From Atractiella rhizophila (taxonomy: Eukaryota), in assembly GCA_021432655.1 (NCBI GenBank), contig MU271401.1, positions 1 to 64,000 on the forward strand: a DNA stretch of 64,000 nucleotides, written 5' to 3'. The number at the start of each line of letters is the position of its first letter. Positions within the stretch are counted from its first letter, which is position 1. The position numbers and the translations under genes were made by a program. The notes beneath the pieces were generated by a model. It had not been told where the DNA came from. It ran no database searches and was given only the letters and a program-made list of their open reading frames with translations. Positions 23,434-35,952 of the stretch are shown here, one piece after another.

Positions 23434-25396
23434 ATGTTCACGACACTCAGCTCTCTCCTCTCTTACAGATCTCTCAGGGACACCGAAGGTACACTGAAAA
23501 GGCTTAAGCAGCTTGAAATTCTGGTGGGAAGCAGAATTATAGAGTCTGAGCAAAGAAAGCTCAACGACTGTACTCGTATTGGGGAGATTCAAGAACGATG
23601 GGAGAGCGACAGTAAGTTTCTCTAGGAATTGGAGGTTTGAGTGTGTGTTGAAGTACGTCAAGCGGTTCGCACGCTTCTTCAGCTTCTCCAGCTCTGGACC
23701 TATACCTCCCTGCTCTCCTTTCCTCTCGACGCTGGCAGTGAGGCTAGCGAGTGCATCAGGCATTTCTTTCGTCCTATCCGGATACCCAAAACACTTACGT
23801 TCCTCGACAGAATTGCATTGTCGCTTCTCCAAGGCATAATTCTTTTCCATCCGCCGAGCAAGAAGATTTTCGAATCCAGCTGGGCAATCGAGGTCTGCAT
23901 CTTTAACAATTTGAAAACAAGAAATTTGTATCGATGGGGGTGAACAGGTACTTCTAGATCTGGTCAACCCCTCCGCTATTGGCCTTCCAATTTCCTCCAA
24001 ATCAACAACCCAGACAATCCAGTCTGACGAAATCATAGTCTCTTGCCTCGATGTGCTGTTAGGTGTGCTTCCTTGCTCTTTGGAGAGACGTGGGCTAGAT
24101 GATTGGTATAGCTTCTCTGGTAGACTACTCGGTAAATATACGCGCTTTTGAAAAGACCGCCGGCCTTGAAGTCCTTGTTGGGCTCCTTAAGCGGAAGAAG
24201 ACGCCAGTCGCCGAGAAGAAGACACCCAAGACTGACTTCCGGTACGTATCAGCTCTTCGTTCCATAACTTACTTAACCCCTGCTGTTTATATAGATTCAA
24301 AGCTTTAGAAATTCTCTACTTCTACCTACTACCGGAAGAAAGTCCATCATTGGGGCAGTCAACTCCAACTTCCAAGCTAGCGGCATTGCGACCCGAACCT
24401 CCAGACATCTCCAGCAACTCGGTGACCTCGTCTGCCTATTACTCAACCTTAGGAGATTCCCAAGGTTCAACAAATTCTGATGCGCGCATTCCCCTTCAAG
24501 CTCGCCACCTGAACCGCTTAGCCAACGATTTTATCCCGAAGACACCTCATAGCAGAGAATCGAAGGCAGCTCGAAAGGTCGTGACACCCCATCGACGACT
24601 GTCAGAACTTCAACAAGCGGAAGCACCGAATGTTAAAACACCTTCGAAACACTCAGGCGATGAACCCTCGAAACACGCTGTTCGACCATTACCATCTCGA
24701 GCAACTTCGATGTTGAATACAAAGAGCAATCCTGGATTGGCATCGTCAATAAAAACATCTCGAACCTCACGTGGACTTGATGTAAAGGGCACACCAACTT
24801 CCACCCCGTCCGCTGCAGCGGCCAAAAGTTCTTCGCCAGCATCACCTTCCGTCGGTCGCAAACAAGGCGCTTTGTTGGCACGCCAGACGTCTTCCCCCGC
24901 AGCACTTCCCGCAAAAGGTAGCAGCAGGCTAGAAGGTACCGCTACTCCTTCCCCTTCCCGTCCTCCCAGCCAGTCCTCCACAAACATCCTGGGTAGTCGG
25001 CCTACGAGTGGCATAAAACGAAGACTAGACGAAGGGACGCCTCGCACGCCTTCGGCCGCTCGGATACGACCGTCTGTCATGGCCTCCCCTCTTTCAAAAA
25101 TTGAATTCACACCACCGTCACTCCCAGAACGAGTGGGCAAACGGAAGCGCGCCATGGCTCCTAGCGCACTGGGGATGTCGAACTCGAAAAGTTGGGAGAC
25201 GGATGAATCCGAGGGTGACACGGAGGTGGATACGGATGGGCAACGGACTGCCGCATCTTCCAAGACCCTGGTGGACGGTGGTCACATCCGGTCGGTGGAG
25301 GAGAAGAAGAAGATTTTAGGAGAGTTTATCGCTAATGTGGATGTATTGGTCTCAAGATTTGAGGAGATGGATATTTCTGTGGGAAGGGGGAGGTAG
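23434..25396 (+). CDS. Septation-network Cdc14-like protein (S. pombe Cdc14 type, not the phosphatase) with Ser/Pro-rich tail
   Basis: 'LLQGIILFHPPSKKIF', 'LVDYSVNIRAFEKTAGL', 'KALEILYFYLLPE', C-terminal 'RSVEEKKKILGEFIANVDVLV'. Confidence 0.78.
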
Positions 25397-25599
25397 TTGG
25401 CTGTTGCTCGGAATCTCAGATCTTTGCTCAGAGAATCTATGCAACTTACCTGTCGATTTGAGAAAGCGACATTGGCACGATGAACAGTAAGATGACATTG
25501 CTCGACTGGTATTCAGCTATGCACAGTACAATCGAGATTTACATCTGAGAGAAGGAAGGGATGTATTAGAACGAATGACGATGAAAGTTTCGCTTCATC

Positions 25600-28373
25600 C
25601 TATGCCTCTTTTGGGGTGTGTCGGAGTCGGTTTGGACCGACTCAGGGACGGCCGGTTCGCCATGGAGGAGGCTCGTGCGACCAGACGGCGCGGGAAGTGC
25701 AGCTGTCAACCAAAACGTCAGTATTGAGGTCGAAACAATCTTTCAGCCTACCGTCAGTGGATTGAATGCTGAAAGTAGCCGACGGGGTAGAAACGCTGTC
25801 GGGTGAGATATCGAAGACATCGCGCTTGTTGCGGATCGGGAAGACTTGGGCTTCGGTGGTGAAGACGTATTCGTCCAAAGAAATCGTGGATCCGTCCTGA
25901 AACTAATTAAAGAAATCTCAGCAGACATGTTCGGCAGCCAGTTAGGTTACTCACGATAAGGTAGAAGTACTTCATGACCTCTGCGAAGAAGAAGCTTTCA
26001 AGGGCCGGAAGGACACCAGGAGCGCCAGAGTTTACATTGACGAGGCTGACAACATCCATAGTCAGTTGGGGCTCATGAGAACAAAGCTGCACGAACGAGG
26101 TTACAACGCCATTAAAACTGCAGTACTCCTTGATGTTTTGAAAGGCGTCCCAAGCCCTGACACATTCTTCAGTTCGATAGTTCGCAGGTTGAGGATATAC
26201 TCACCAATCCTGGTACTTCTTATCTCCAGTGACCTAACAAACAGTTATACTGTACTTTCCCACCTGAAGCACCAAACAACGAACTCGGTAGGCATAGAAG
26301 TAGCTCTCCACAACCTCTGGCCTCAGAATGTAAGCAGAATCTACGATTCCCAATCTAACAAGAGATCAGAAATAAATGCGCCTATTACAAGAAGGACTTA
26401 CCCGGTCCTGTTGTAGAAGGCAAGATTCGCGGTGTCTGGCTCCCATCCGGCGTGACTTCCAGTCTCTTTGTCAACAAATCCAAACCTTTTCTCTTGTCAG
26501 TACTATCTTGGCATAATAAGGCATGTCTACCTCTCTGGCCCTGTATAGCAGTGACAGCATTGAGATGGGTTCAGTCCAAAGGCAAAGAAAGCTTACCGAT
26601 CCCAGTAGCTGTCTGCACGAGGAGTTAGGCAATTAATCAGCAAGGAGGTGAGGTGCTCTACCTTGATATAGGAGTTGTGACACGTATTCACCAGCTCGAG
26701 AGCTAAGTTGGCGATTTCATCGTCTCCGCCCACCATTTGTGCGCCTAAGAGCCAGTTCCCTCCGATCTGGGAAGATAATTGAGTGGATGGCGATGATGTG
26801 ATAACGAAAGAAATACAAAGCATCCGAGGTGACTAAATAAGTATAGGTTTCCTCCCCTACTCTTGGAGTAGTCCGAGATGTAAGTCAGGTTCCCAACAGA
26901 AGCTGTGCGGATCAAGTGTTCGATGGAAGAGGCAACAGAGCCGCGCCAATACGCCATGTAAACATCTTGATCGCCAGTCAAAAGAGCATATTTATTTAGG
27001 TACTGTCCCAAGGAATTAGATACTCGTGATAAAAATATGTGTAATCGTACCTCGAAAAAGGAGTCACTTCCTCCGCCTGCAGAGTATCAAATCAGAATTG
27101 GCCCATTGCCCCAGAATTGAGAAGCACACCCCAGGTCACATAATCTCCAACGGCTTCTGCAGTCGCAGGGTCGATACCTTGTGCTACAACCGGTAGTAAG
27201 AACCCATTCCAAATCTTAATATGGAGCGAACCAGGTAAAAAGGGCAGGGGGACAGCGCCTTTAATGATTGCTTGCATGGAGGCATCCGCCAGTTGTCTGT
27301 AGGTGTCGTTCCCCGTTACATAACTAATGCGGTGTGTGAACGAGCTGCCTTCAGACAATAAAGCGAACAAACGAAAGCTGATCGAATTCGAGGATCAGGG
27401 TTCCTGCCTCATATCTCAGTGCCGCTTTTAGATAATGAAAATGACTGGACCCTACCAGCTTCGGCAATGTTGGAATTAGCAATAATGACCTCTCTGTTAC
27501 CAGCAGTCAAGTTCAGAAAACCGTATGGTACCTATAATTGACGTTAAAGTGATATTAACGAGACCCAATCAACTTGCATCTGTTCCTTGACTCCAGGCTA
27601 AGCTCAATGATTCACCAAGCTCAGCCGCTTTGTTAACAAGAGACTTTTCATGACGAGGGGAGAGTTCGTAAGCGCTGAGGATACCCTACAAACAAGGTTG
27701 TGATGACCGATTAGTTTGACATCATGGGAGCCCTACCCCAAGGTATCTAATAGTCGTCTCAAAGATAGACACCTAGAGCGTTCTCTCAGTCGTGGTTACG
27801 ATTGATGTTCAGGCAAAAACCGACAGTCTGGTCCACCTTGGACTGCGTGAAATCGATAGTCTCTACAAATTCGACGCCCTGGATGAATTGGTAAATACTA
27901 ATATCATATGGATCAATGTATCTACCTCTTGGAACCAATCGTCGAGACCCATGATTTGCATGGTGGCTAAACTGTCTACTATTGAGGCTCCCCAGCCTGC
28001 AGGAGTCGTTTGCTTCACATTCACCTTAGCATGCAATGCGTACCATTTCGGGTTTGTTTGCCCTCGAGGGTTTCCTACCTCACTCATTAGCAAGTGACAC
28101 TCGCAACAGAATGGCCGCCCACTGGGTCAATCTCATCGAAACCGAACGCCTTTTCTCTATATGTGCCATAGACTTGAGTGAATAGGTCCTACAAAGTAAA
28201 GTGAGAACGGGGAACAGTGGACTCTAATCGCTCACCTTGACGGCTTTCGCCCGTGTTGCAGACGTAGGAGTCTGAACAAGAAGCAAAGGATTGGCTTGGA
28301 TTTTGACTGCCGAAGCAGAATGAAGGAGTGTAGACGCTGAAATGAGCGTGGAGAAAACGAGTGGCAACATCAT
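25600..28373 (-). CDS. Glycoside hydrolase family 47 alpha-1,2-mannosidase, many introns
   Basis: Signal-peptide-like start, 'GWGASIVDSLATMQIMG', 'VSIFETTIRYLG', 'ESFFFAEVMKYFYL', 'YVFTTEAQVF'. The 3' end depends on a predicted final intron. Confidence 0.9.
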
Positions 28374-29281
28374 TCAACAAGATGAAGATATCCTTAAAAA
28401 GAACGACAGATCAGCTTCGGAGCTGGAGCGCTTGAGAGGAAGGGTGCGTCACGAACAGGAGAGGTTCCTTTATACCCCCATACTTGGACGAGGTGAGAAG
28501 CATGGAACCCCCGCATCAGCTCTTCTAAATTCCTAGTGCGCAATAAGTAGACGGTTCAAGCGCGTGCGACAGTCCTCAAACCAGGAAGCTGCGTCGCGTC
28601 ATTCTGGATCTTTTGCATAATTCAAGCTCTCCAGCTTCAGCTTTGTTCCACTCTCACGTGGGCCGTAAAGGATATGAATCCTGCTGCCGCTGCTGGCATC
28701 CGAGTGGCAAGAAAGAGGCCGCAAATTTGAATCCTCGGAATAGCTAGATATAATATGCCCACTGGTTTCGATGAACTTGATATAACATACATCCCTCCGA
28801 GTCCATGCGCCTTTTCATAGGCATTACTACGAGCACGCGACTCCGGTATGAGGCCGGTTGAAACCATTGACCAAAAATCTTGACACCTGACAGGTGAAAT
28901 AATCGTGCAACGATTCATCCTTTCTAAAGGATGACGGAAGACTGCGGAGGGGAGTGGTGAAAGTGCTGAGAACTGAATGACGACCTGGAAGACTCTGAGC
29001 AAAGTGCAAATTTGCCATGACGGGCAATGCGCAACTGATGTGACCAATGCTGAAAGCTCCAATATCTTAACATACATAAAAGATCCAAAGCAAAGAAAAA
29101 CAAAACAAAAGAGAAGCGCAATAAGTGACTAGAGAACCGCACGACCCAAAAAAGCAAAAAAAAAGCGGGGGAGAGTCAGCTGGAAGTAAATGAGTGGGTA
29201 TAACAGCAGCTACAATTGAGAGGAGAAAGGTGTTGAGAAGATAATCAATCGAGAGTGGCAACATCAGTCTCGTTCTTCGAT

Positions 29282-32200
29282 TTATTTTGTCATGAGTGAA
29301 GTGCTGAAAGATGCTCCAGGACGTGGAGACGATGGTAAACCGAATCCGGGGGTTCGTGGACTTCTGGGAGAGCCGATGGGAGAAGGACTACGTCCGTCGT
29401 GCGAGACATGAATTTGAAGCCTCTGCGGGCTTGCTTCCCGATTGTTGTGTGGCGGGTGAAGGTGGCCTCTAGCCTCCACAGTTTCCTCCTCGCTATCCGT
29501 CTCATGGTGATTTGGCTCATCTTCGGTCACATCATTGTCGTCAGACTCTTCAGCCTCCTCGAGTTTGTTGATCATGCCCTCCATCAACTGGTCTGCTCCA
29601 GTTTGAGAGTACATGATCGAATTCCGGCTCTTCCTTCGATCAACCATCCCATCGGCGTGCAACCGCCTTTCGACTGCTCTTTCCATGTGACTGATGACCT
29701 TGGGTTGCTCCTCTTCTTCAACGCGGATTGGTGCTGCTTCACCAGAGTCATCACAATTGAAAATGAACTCAAACTCGGACAAGAGCAAGCTGAACAGTGG
29801 AGCCGGCATGGCCAGTGTTGGACTGAAGACGATACCAACGTTTCGAAGAGTCATCTTGTTGATTTTTTCGTTTTGGACGATGTGGATGAGATGAGCTGTG
29901 AGGAAACGCAGAAGTGTATAATTGGGTAGCGGTAGTTGGGCAACGAGGCGCCCCAACTCGTTGACTTTGTCCTTCCTCTGGCGAAGATCTGGAAGGAAAA
30001 CGATTAAAGAGTGGGTATGAAAAAGATGGCAGAAAGTGCACCTATTACTTGGAGAAAGTCTGAGTGTAGCTCCCTAGTGAGAATATGTTGCGGAAGATCA
30101 CGCAGGAAGGTCTTGAGGAGACCGGCGACGGCATGAGGATCATAATACTCAGGCGACTGGCAGATGTTGAAATCCCCCTCTGGAACACTCGTTAAAGCGC
30201 TGCTAGACAGAGAATGTGTAAGACGTACCAGCATTGAATTTGTCTTTGAGAGCCCGAATGACGTTTGAGCTTCCACTCAACCGATAAATCCCTTCCTCTT
30301 TCTCGGCACTCTTTTGTTCCAGATACTCCACGCAACGGAAGACGACCGCAGGAAGCTCCAGACCTTCCCGAACGCGAGCGACGGCAACAGCTTCAGCCAG
30401 TGGAACTCCAAAGACTGGTCGATTGGCAACTGGCTGAGCGACAGCTTGCATTATGGGTTGTGGTGCTTCTCGTTTATCAGTCCCTACAAATTCGTGGTCA
30501 GCCAATCAGCACACACGAACGAATATTACCCACCTCCACGGTTCGTGAATCCTCCCCAGAACGTGGATCGTGTTTTCTTCTGTCGTTCCTCTGCTTTATC
30601 CACCTTTGGTTTCAAGTTGTAGCCGCTCGGGATCGGTGCTCCATTCATGGGACCAGAAATCTTGCCTGCCAACTTGGTGTCCCTGTCCGGTTGTTGTTGT
30701 TTTCTTGCATGATCTGGGGTTACAGGACGTTCCCTATTAAGTTCGTCCGCTGAGCTTTGACTTGCAAGACGGTTATGGGCACGAGGGGGTCGAGCCGCTT
30801 TCTGGTCTTCATATTGACCCAAGGCAGAGTTCGACCTCATCCGACTCTCGCGGGCGATCTGTTGCGCCAGATTTTCCATGTTCGAGGACGTTGATTCAGA
30901 AGGAGGAACCGAATCTTGCTGGACAGGTCGACGGCGCGGTTGTTCGTCGTAAGGGTTCGAGTTGATCGAAGAAGATCCAAGAGAATGGTCTCGTTGATGC
31001 CTGTTCCTATTTGGAGGCTCAAGGTCGCTGCCGTCACTTAAATCGTCTGCCACACCAGGAGCGAACATTTTCCTGTCGTATCCCTGTGGGGCTTGAGCAA
31101 TTGTAGGCCGCTGTAGTTCGTCCCTTGACATTTTCCGCTTCTGACTTGCTGCTCGTTGGTCGGGGTTGATGACGGATGGATCTGTGGAGACGAAGCGTCC
31201 CTGCACCCAACAAGTGAGGGCTCGGACCCATTGATCTCTTTCCTCATCGCTCTCTGCACACAAGATGTGATCCGATTCAACTTGGTCGGCTATCTTGGCA
31301 GTACGTATGAGAAATGCATGACGGTAAGAATCGTCGTTTCCCGTATCTTCCTTGCGCGGTTGTTGTCGACCAATGGAAGCGCCAGTAACGATAATCTGCC
31401 CAATGTACTTTCCGCCTTTCTACTCAACGAGGATCAGAACATGTATACTCTAACAAGATGAAGAAATACGAAATACGAACCTGCTCAAAATACTCCAGGT
31501 TGGGACCCATCAAGACATAGTATCTAGTTTGCCATCCACCTAGCGTCCGTCCCTTTTTCGTCAGATGTCCTTCCATCAGTCCAGAGTTTGGTGTCGCTTG
31601 CACAGGCTGCGCCACGTTCGTATTGAAGAACTCGCAAATGTCACTTTTATCCTTCAAAGGGGTTGAAACCAAACTTTGAAGATATTTCGTCAGGACCGCC
31701 TATTCACAAATAATCATCAATGCGCAACACCGGAGAACAAGGGGCGAGACTTGCCTTGCGCTGGTCGACTTTTGTCGGCGCATGGTCCTTGAACAAACTC
31801 TTATCGGGAAGCTGCGCCAACTTCCGACTCTGCAACCTATTGTGTTTCGCTTTCACCTTCGCGTCCAGTCCCAAAACATCGCTGTACATCTTCTCCACCG
31901 CCCATCTGGCCGTTCCTCCCACACCTTGGGGATCGCTCTCTTTCGGCAAGCTGACCTTGACCTGGATGGAGAAGGAGATGACTTCTTGAAATCTCTCGTT
32001 CGTCCGAATGTGCGACGATGCCACGTTCACCTGAGTGAAGGGTAGCAGAGGAGATACGAGCACTAGCCGTCGAGATTGATGAGGAGGTTGAGCCATCGGA
32101 GCTGGACCTATACTCGGAGATGGAGCGGGAGGTGGAGTTTGAATGTTCGAGTTCGCCGAGGAGATGCTGTCCTGGTGGGCGTGGGGAGCCCTGGTATGAG

Positions 32201-34218
32201 AAGGTGGGGTAGGAGCAGGATGTTTGGAACTCGAAGCTTGAGAATGGACTGTAGAGGACGACGGATGCGGTTGATGGAACCTCTGATCTTCGTGAGGAGG
32301 GACAGGAGGCGGAGGAGGGGCGAAGGCTGTCACCGCGGCCTTTTGATCAGGGACGTAGTTCTCGTACATGCCCTCTCCATTCGTATAACCCGGCAAATTC
32401 TCCGTCGCATCCTCAAACGTATCAGACGCTTTCGAACTCGTTCTCGGCCCTATCGGTGGTCGTACTTCAGGCGTCACTGTAGCTGTAGAGGCAGCCGATA
32501 AAGGCGGCTCTCCAGGATCCGCGACAGCCAGAGAATCAACCATAGAAGATCCGTTTACCTTGGAAGGAGCAGCAACCGCTTCATCGGAACCGTTTCCGAG
32601 GAAGAGAGGACTGAGAGGAGGAAGCGAAGGAAGACTCAGCGCTGCCGCAAGTGAGGCGTTATTGGCCATCGCGTACTGTTCATCCGACATCACGGGGCTG
32701 TCATCCTCATCGAAAGGGCGCGAATCATCCAAAGCTGGTATTTGAAGAGGGTATGTGCTCATCCGTCCATTGAGAGGGCCCATGGTCGGAGCTGAGGAAG
32801 GACCCATAGGTTCCTGATCCAGGAAGCCTGGAGATGCTGGAGGATCCGGAGTTACGCTCCGCACGACGGTTTCTGGGATGGGCAACGTAGCCTGTCGTTC
32901 CTGTGACGAGATAGGTATGGGAGGAGTCGCTTTCCCCAGATCGAGGCTGGTCGATTTTCGAAGGTGTTGGATAGGATCTTTAGGCAGAGGGAGCGGTGGT
33001 GCAGACTCCATTCGGTCTGGCGAATCGACGGCCGATCGTCCGAGGGAGTCGAGCGATTTGTGACTGGCCAGAGGGGAGTTCCTGTGTTCTTCCTCCTTGT
33101 TAAGCTGTTTCGACACGCTGCTCCTCCTCCTCTGTCTCGGACTCTCATTCGGGCCAACCACAGGACTGGCTCTCCCCGTCTCCTTCCCTCCCACCACGGC
33201 TTTCACTTTCGAATGAGAGGACCCGCTTCCCTTCCTCTCCCTACCTCCGACACCATCGCTATATCCTCTAATCATCGCTCTCCTCTCCACCGAAGCCACG
33301 CTGCTCCCTTCTCCGGGACTTCCATCCGCGCTATCGATGGTATTCGTCCTCTGCTTCCCTCCTTGAAAGAGTCTCCAAAGCCTCGCATTCTCCTGATTCG
33401 AGCTCAAAAGTTTCGTTTTCATCTCCTCCAGCTCCTCCTTCAACCGATCGTTCTCCCTATGCAGTTCCGCATTCGCCTGTTCTAGGCTTGAATAGGTGAG
33501 TGTAAAATTGGAAAGCTTGAGCGAAACGTCATTGTACGCTCCCACCATCTTGTTAAGCGCCTCTCCCGCATTCGAGAACTGTCTCGAGAGCGCTTCGAGG
33601 GAGATAGGGGTATGAGTCCATGCGGGAGGAGGAGGCAGACGAGCTGCGGGAGGCGGAGGGGAAGAGAGGTTGGAGGAGGGGACGAGGGGTGAAGAATTCG
33701 AAGGGAGGTGGTTGGTGTACGTCTTGGGAGAGGAGCCGTTCGGTAGGGATCCGGGAGGGGAAATCATGATTGGGAATCTGTAAGGCGTACCCGGGTCGGT
33801 GTCGCTCAAAAGCTCTTCGATCTCGTCTTCTCCTTCTCCTCCTTTGGGAGAAATTTCGGTCTGTTGAATCGGCCTGATGGGAAAGAACAGCAAATTCCCG
33901 GCGAAAATGAGATGGCAGATCATGTGCGAGAGAAAAGACTGCTGACCTTTGTAAAGTGAAGGGGGTACTCCAAGCGAGACCCTGGATGGCCAATCCCTCG
34001 CTTTCTCTGTTCCTTTTCTTATCGTCAGGAGAGAGTCCGATGACAACGGATTCCCTGTGCCTGGGTTTCTTCTTCTCTTGCTGATCGTGGGAGAAGGATA
34101 GGGAAGAAGGGGTGGAGACGGTACGTGTAAGAGCGTGGATGGACGACGTTCGTGGAGGAGTGGTGAAAGGGGAGAGTAGTCCGGTAGAGGAGGAAGGGTG
34201 CAAAGTCAGCGTGGGCAT
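29282..34218 (-). CDS. Bem3-like RhoGAP with coiled coil, PX-like and PH domains
   Basis: 'WAVEKMYSDVLGLD...LPDKSLFKDHAP' (PX-like), 'EGHLTKKGRTLGGWQTRYYVL' (PH), 'LPAVVFRCVEYLE...EEGIYRLSGS', 'NKMTLRNVGIVFSPTL' (RhoGAP). Confidence 0.9.
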
Positions 34219-35146
34219 TATGAGTGTAGAGAAATGTAATAATAAGGAGCGTGCGAAGATGGAACTGATGCAGAAAGAAGGACAAAGAAGGAGCGAAGGG
34301 ATAAGACGAAATATTGGGAGAAGACAGGGACAGCGGCATTATAACTCCCTTCATGCAAAACGAAGCCCTCAATAGAACAGAATAGAATCATGCGCTAACG
34401 ACAATCCTCGAGAGTCGTTTGCCTTCAAATGCTTCCCAAACCCAGAAGGAAAGACGAATGGATGGAGTATCTCACCTTACTACGAGTTCGATCACCTTGT
34501 GATCTCTTTCCTCGTTAAAGATATATCGACTCTCCCACCTTCTACTGACTTTTCTTCTACCCAAAACAAGCTTCTTCTCCTGCGATAAATAACACTCCAC
34601 TCCTCAAACGACCCAAACTTTCAACAGTCGCGAAGTGGTTGGTGGAAGATCGTTGGACGTCGCAAGCTTCGCCGAATATTCAGCCGCCTGGAACCCCGAT
34701 GCCTTGTTCCTCCTAGCAATGCTGCCTCGTCACTGAGTACTGGCTCGCTCAGCGCTGGGACAGGGTCTGGCGGAGGATATGGTGATGTTGGGATGATGAT
34801 AGGGGTCTGGCAGAGTTCAGAATTCCTGGTCGAAATTGCGCTTTCTACCCCGCACGTGGCAGTCGTCTGATCTCCGCACTGTTCAGCAATTTTCTGCGTA
34901 TTTCATGTTTAGATCTTTCCTTATTGCGTTACTCATTATTTGTTCTCGATGTAATACATTATCATACTTAGTGTAATTCCTATCAGTAAAGCGGTGTAAA
35001 AAGGTAGTTATCAGCTTTCCATGACCATGAGAAGTCTACATCTAAGATGCACAAGAATGGTGAATTCATGGCTTCAAATGATGGCCGGTAGTCCTCTGAG
35101 AGTCGGGTTGAGCAGAGAGACGGAGGAGAACAGTCGTAGAGGGAGT

Positions 35147-35509
35147 TCATTTGCCCTTCTTCCCCTCAACGAAGAGGACGTGTTCTCTCACTGCAACACC
35201 TTTGTCAGTACTAGTTTCGGCTAAGACTAAGACAGTCATAAGGCGTACCTAGAGGATCATATTTTCTGCAGCCAACCACAAAGTAAGAGGATATTGCATG
35301 GACCCTTTCTTCCAAGAAAAATAAAACAACGCACCGTTTAATGAGCTGATTCGTGGTACCCTTCTTCTTAATGGCAGTATAAAAGTATCCTGTCTTCGCA
35401 GACGAAAACAGGCGAATGAGCGTGTTCCTGTCCATCCGCTTCCCATGAGCTCTCCTATTTTCACTCAACTATGCGTGCGAAGGACTCACTTTGCTTTCGC
35501 TTTGGCCAT
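35147..35509 (-). CDS. MRPL39: Mitochondrial ribosomal protein bL33
   Basis: Spliced 'MAKAKAK..TLIRLFSSAKTGYFYT...KYDPL.REHVLFVEGKKGK'. Confidence 0.85.
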
Positions 35510-35952
35510 TTCCTTACTGCACTGCTTGTACCGTCAACTAAGCACCTTGGCCTATCACTCAAGAAGTCGAGCAAGCGTGTTGATTCTGGTGGTCGAAGAT
35601 GAATAAATGTTCGCTTCGCGCCGTTGCTTCCGGTTCCGACGCAAACAGAAACGACGACGTCTCCCGCCTTGTCCATTCAGCGTGGCTTCATCACAGCGCA
35701 GCCAGTGACACGATAGCATCAGCGTAGACGCATTGGAAGGTATTAGACGTTTGTTTGTCTGCAGACGGTCAGGCTAGAAAAAGTCAGAGGTGAGCCTTCC
35801 CGTCGTAGAGTCAGAAGGGGCGTTTAGGCGAAGGCTTGGCTCTTTGGTGCAGCCAACAACTCACTCGTTTCTCATTTCCCATCTGCCACATCACATCACC
35901 AACATTTCAGCGTGCTCAGACTACAGCTCGTCCAGCGATCTCACTGCGTACG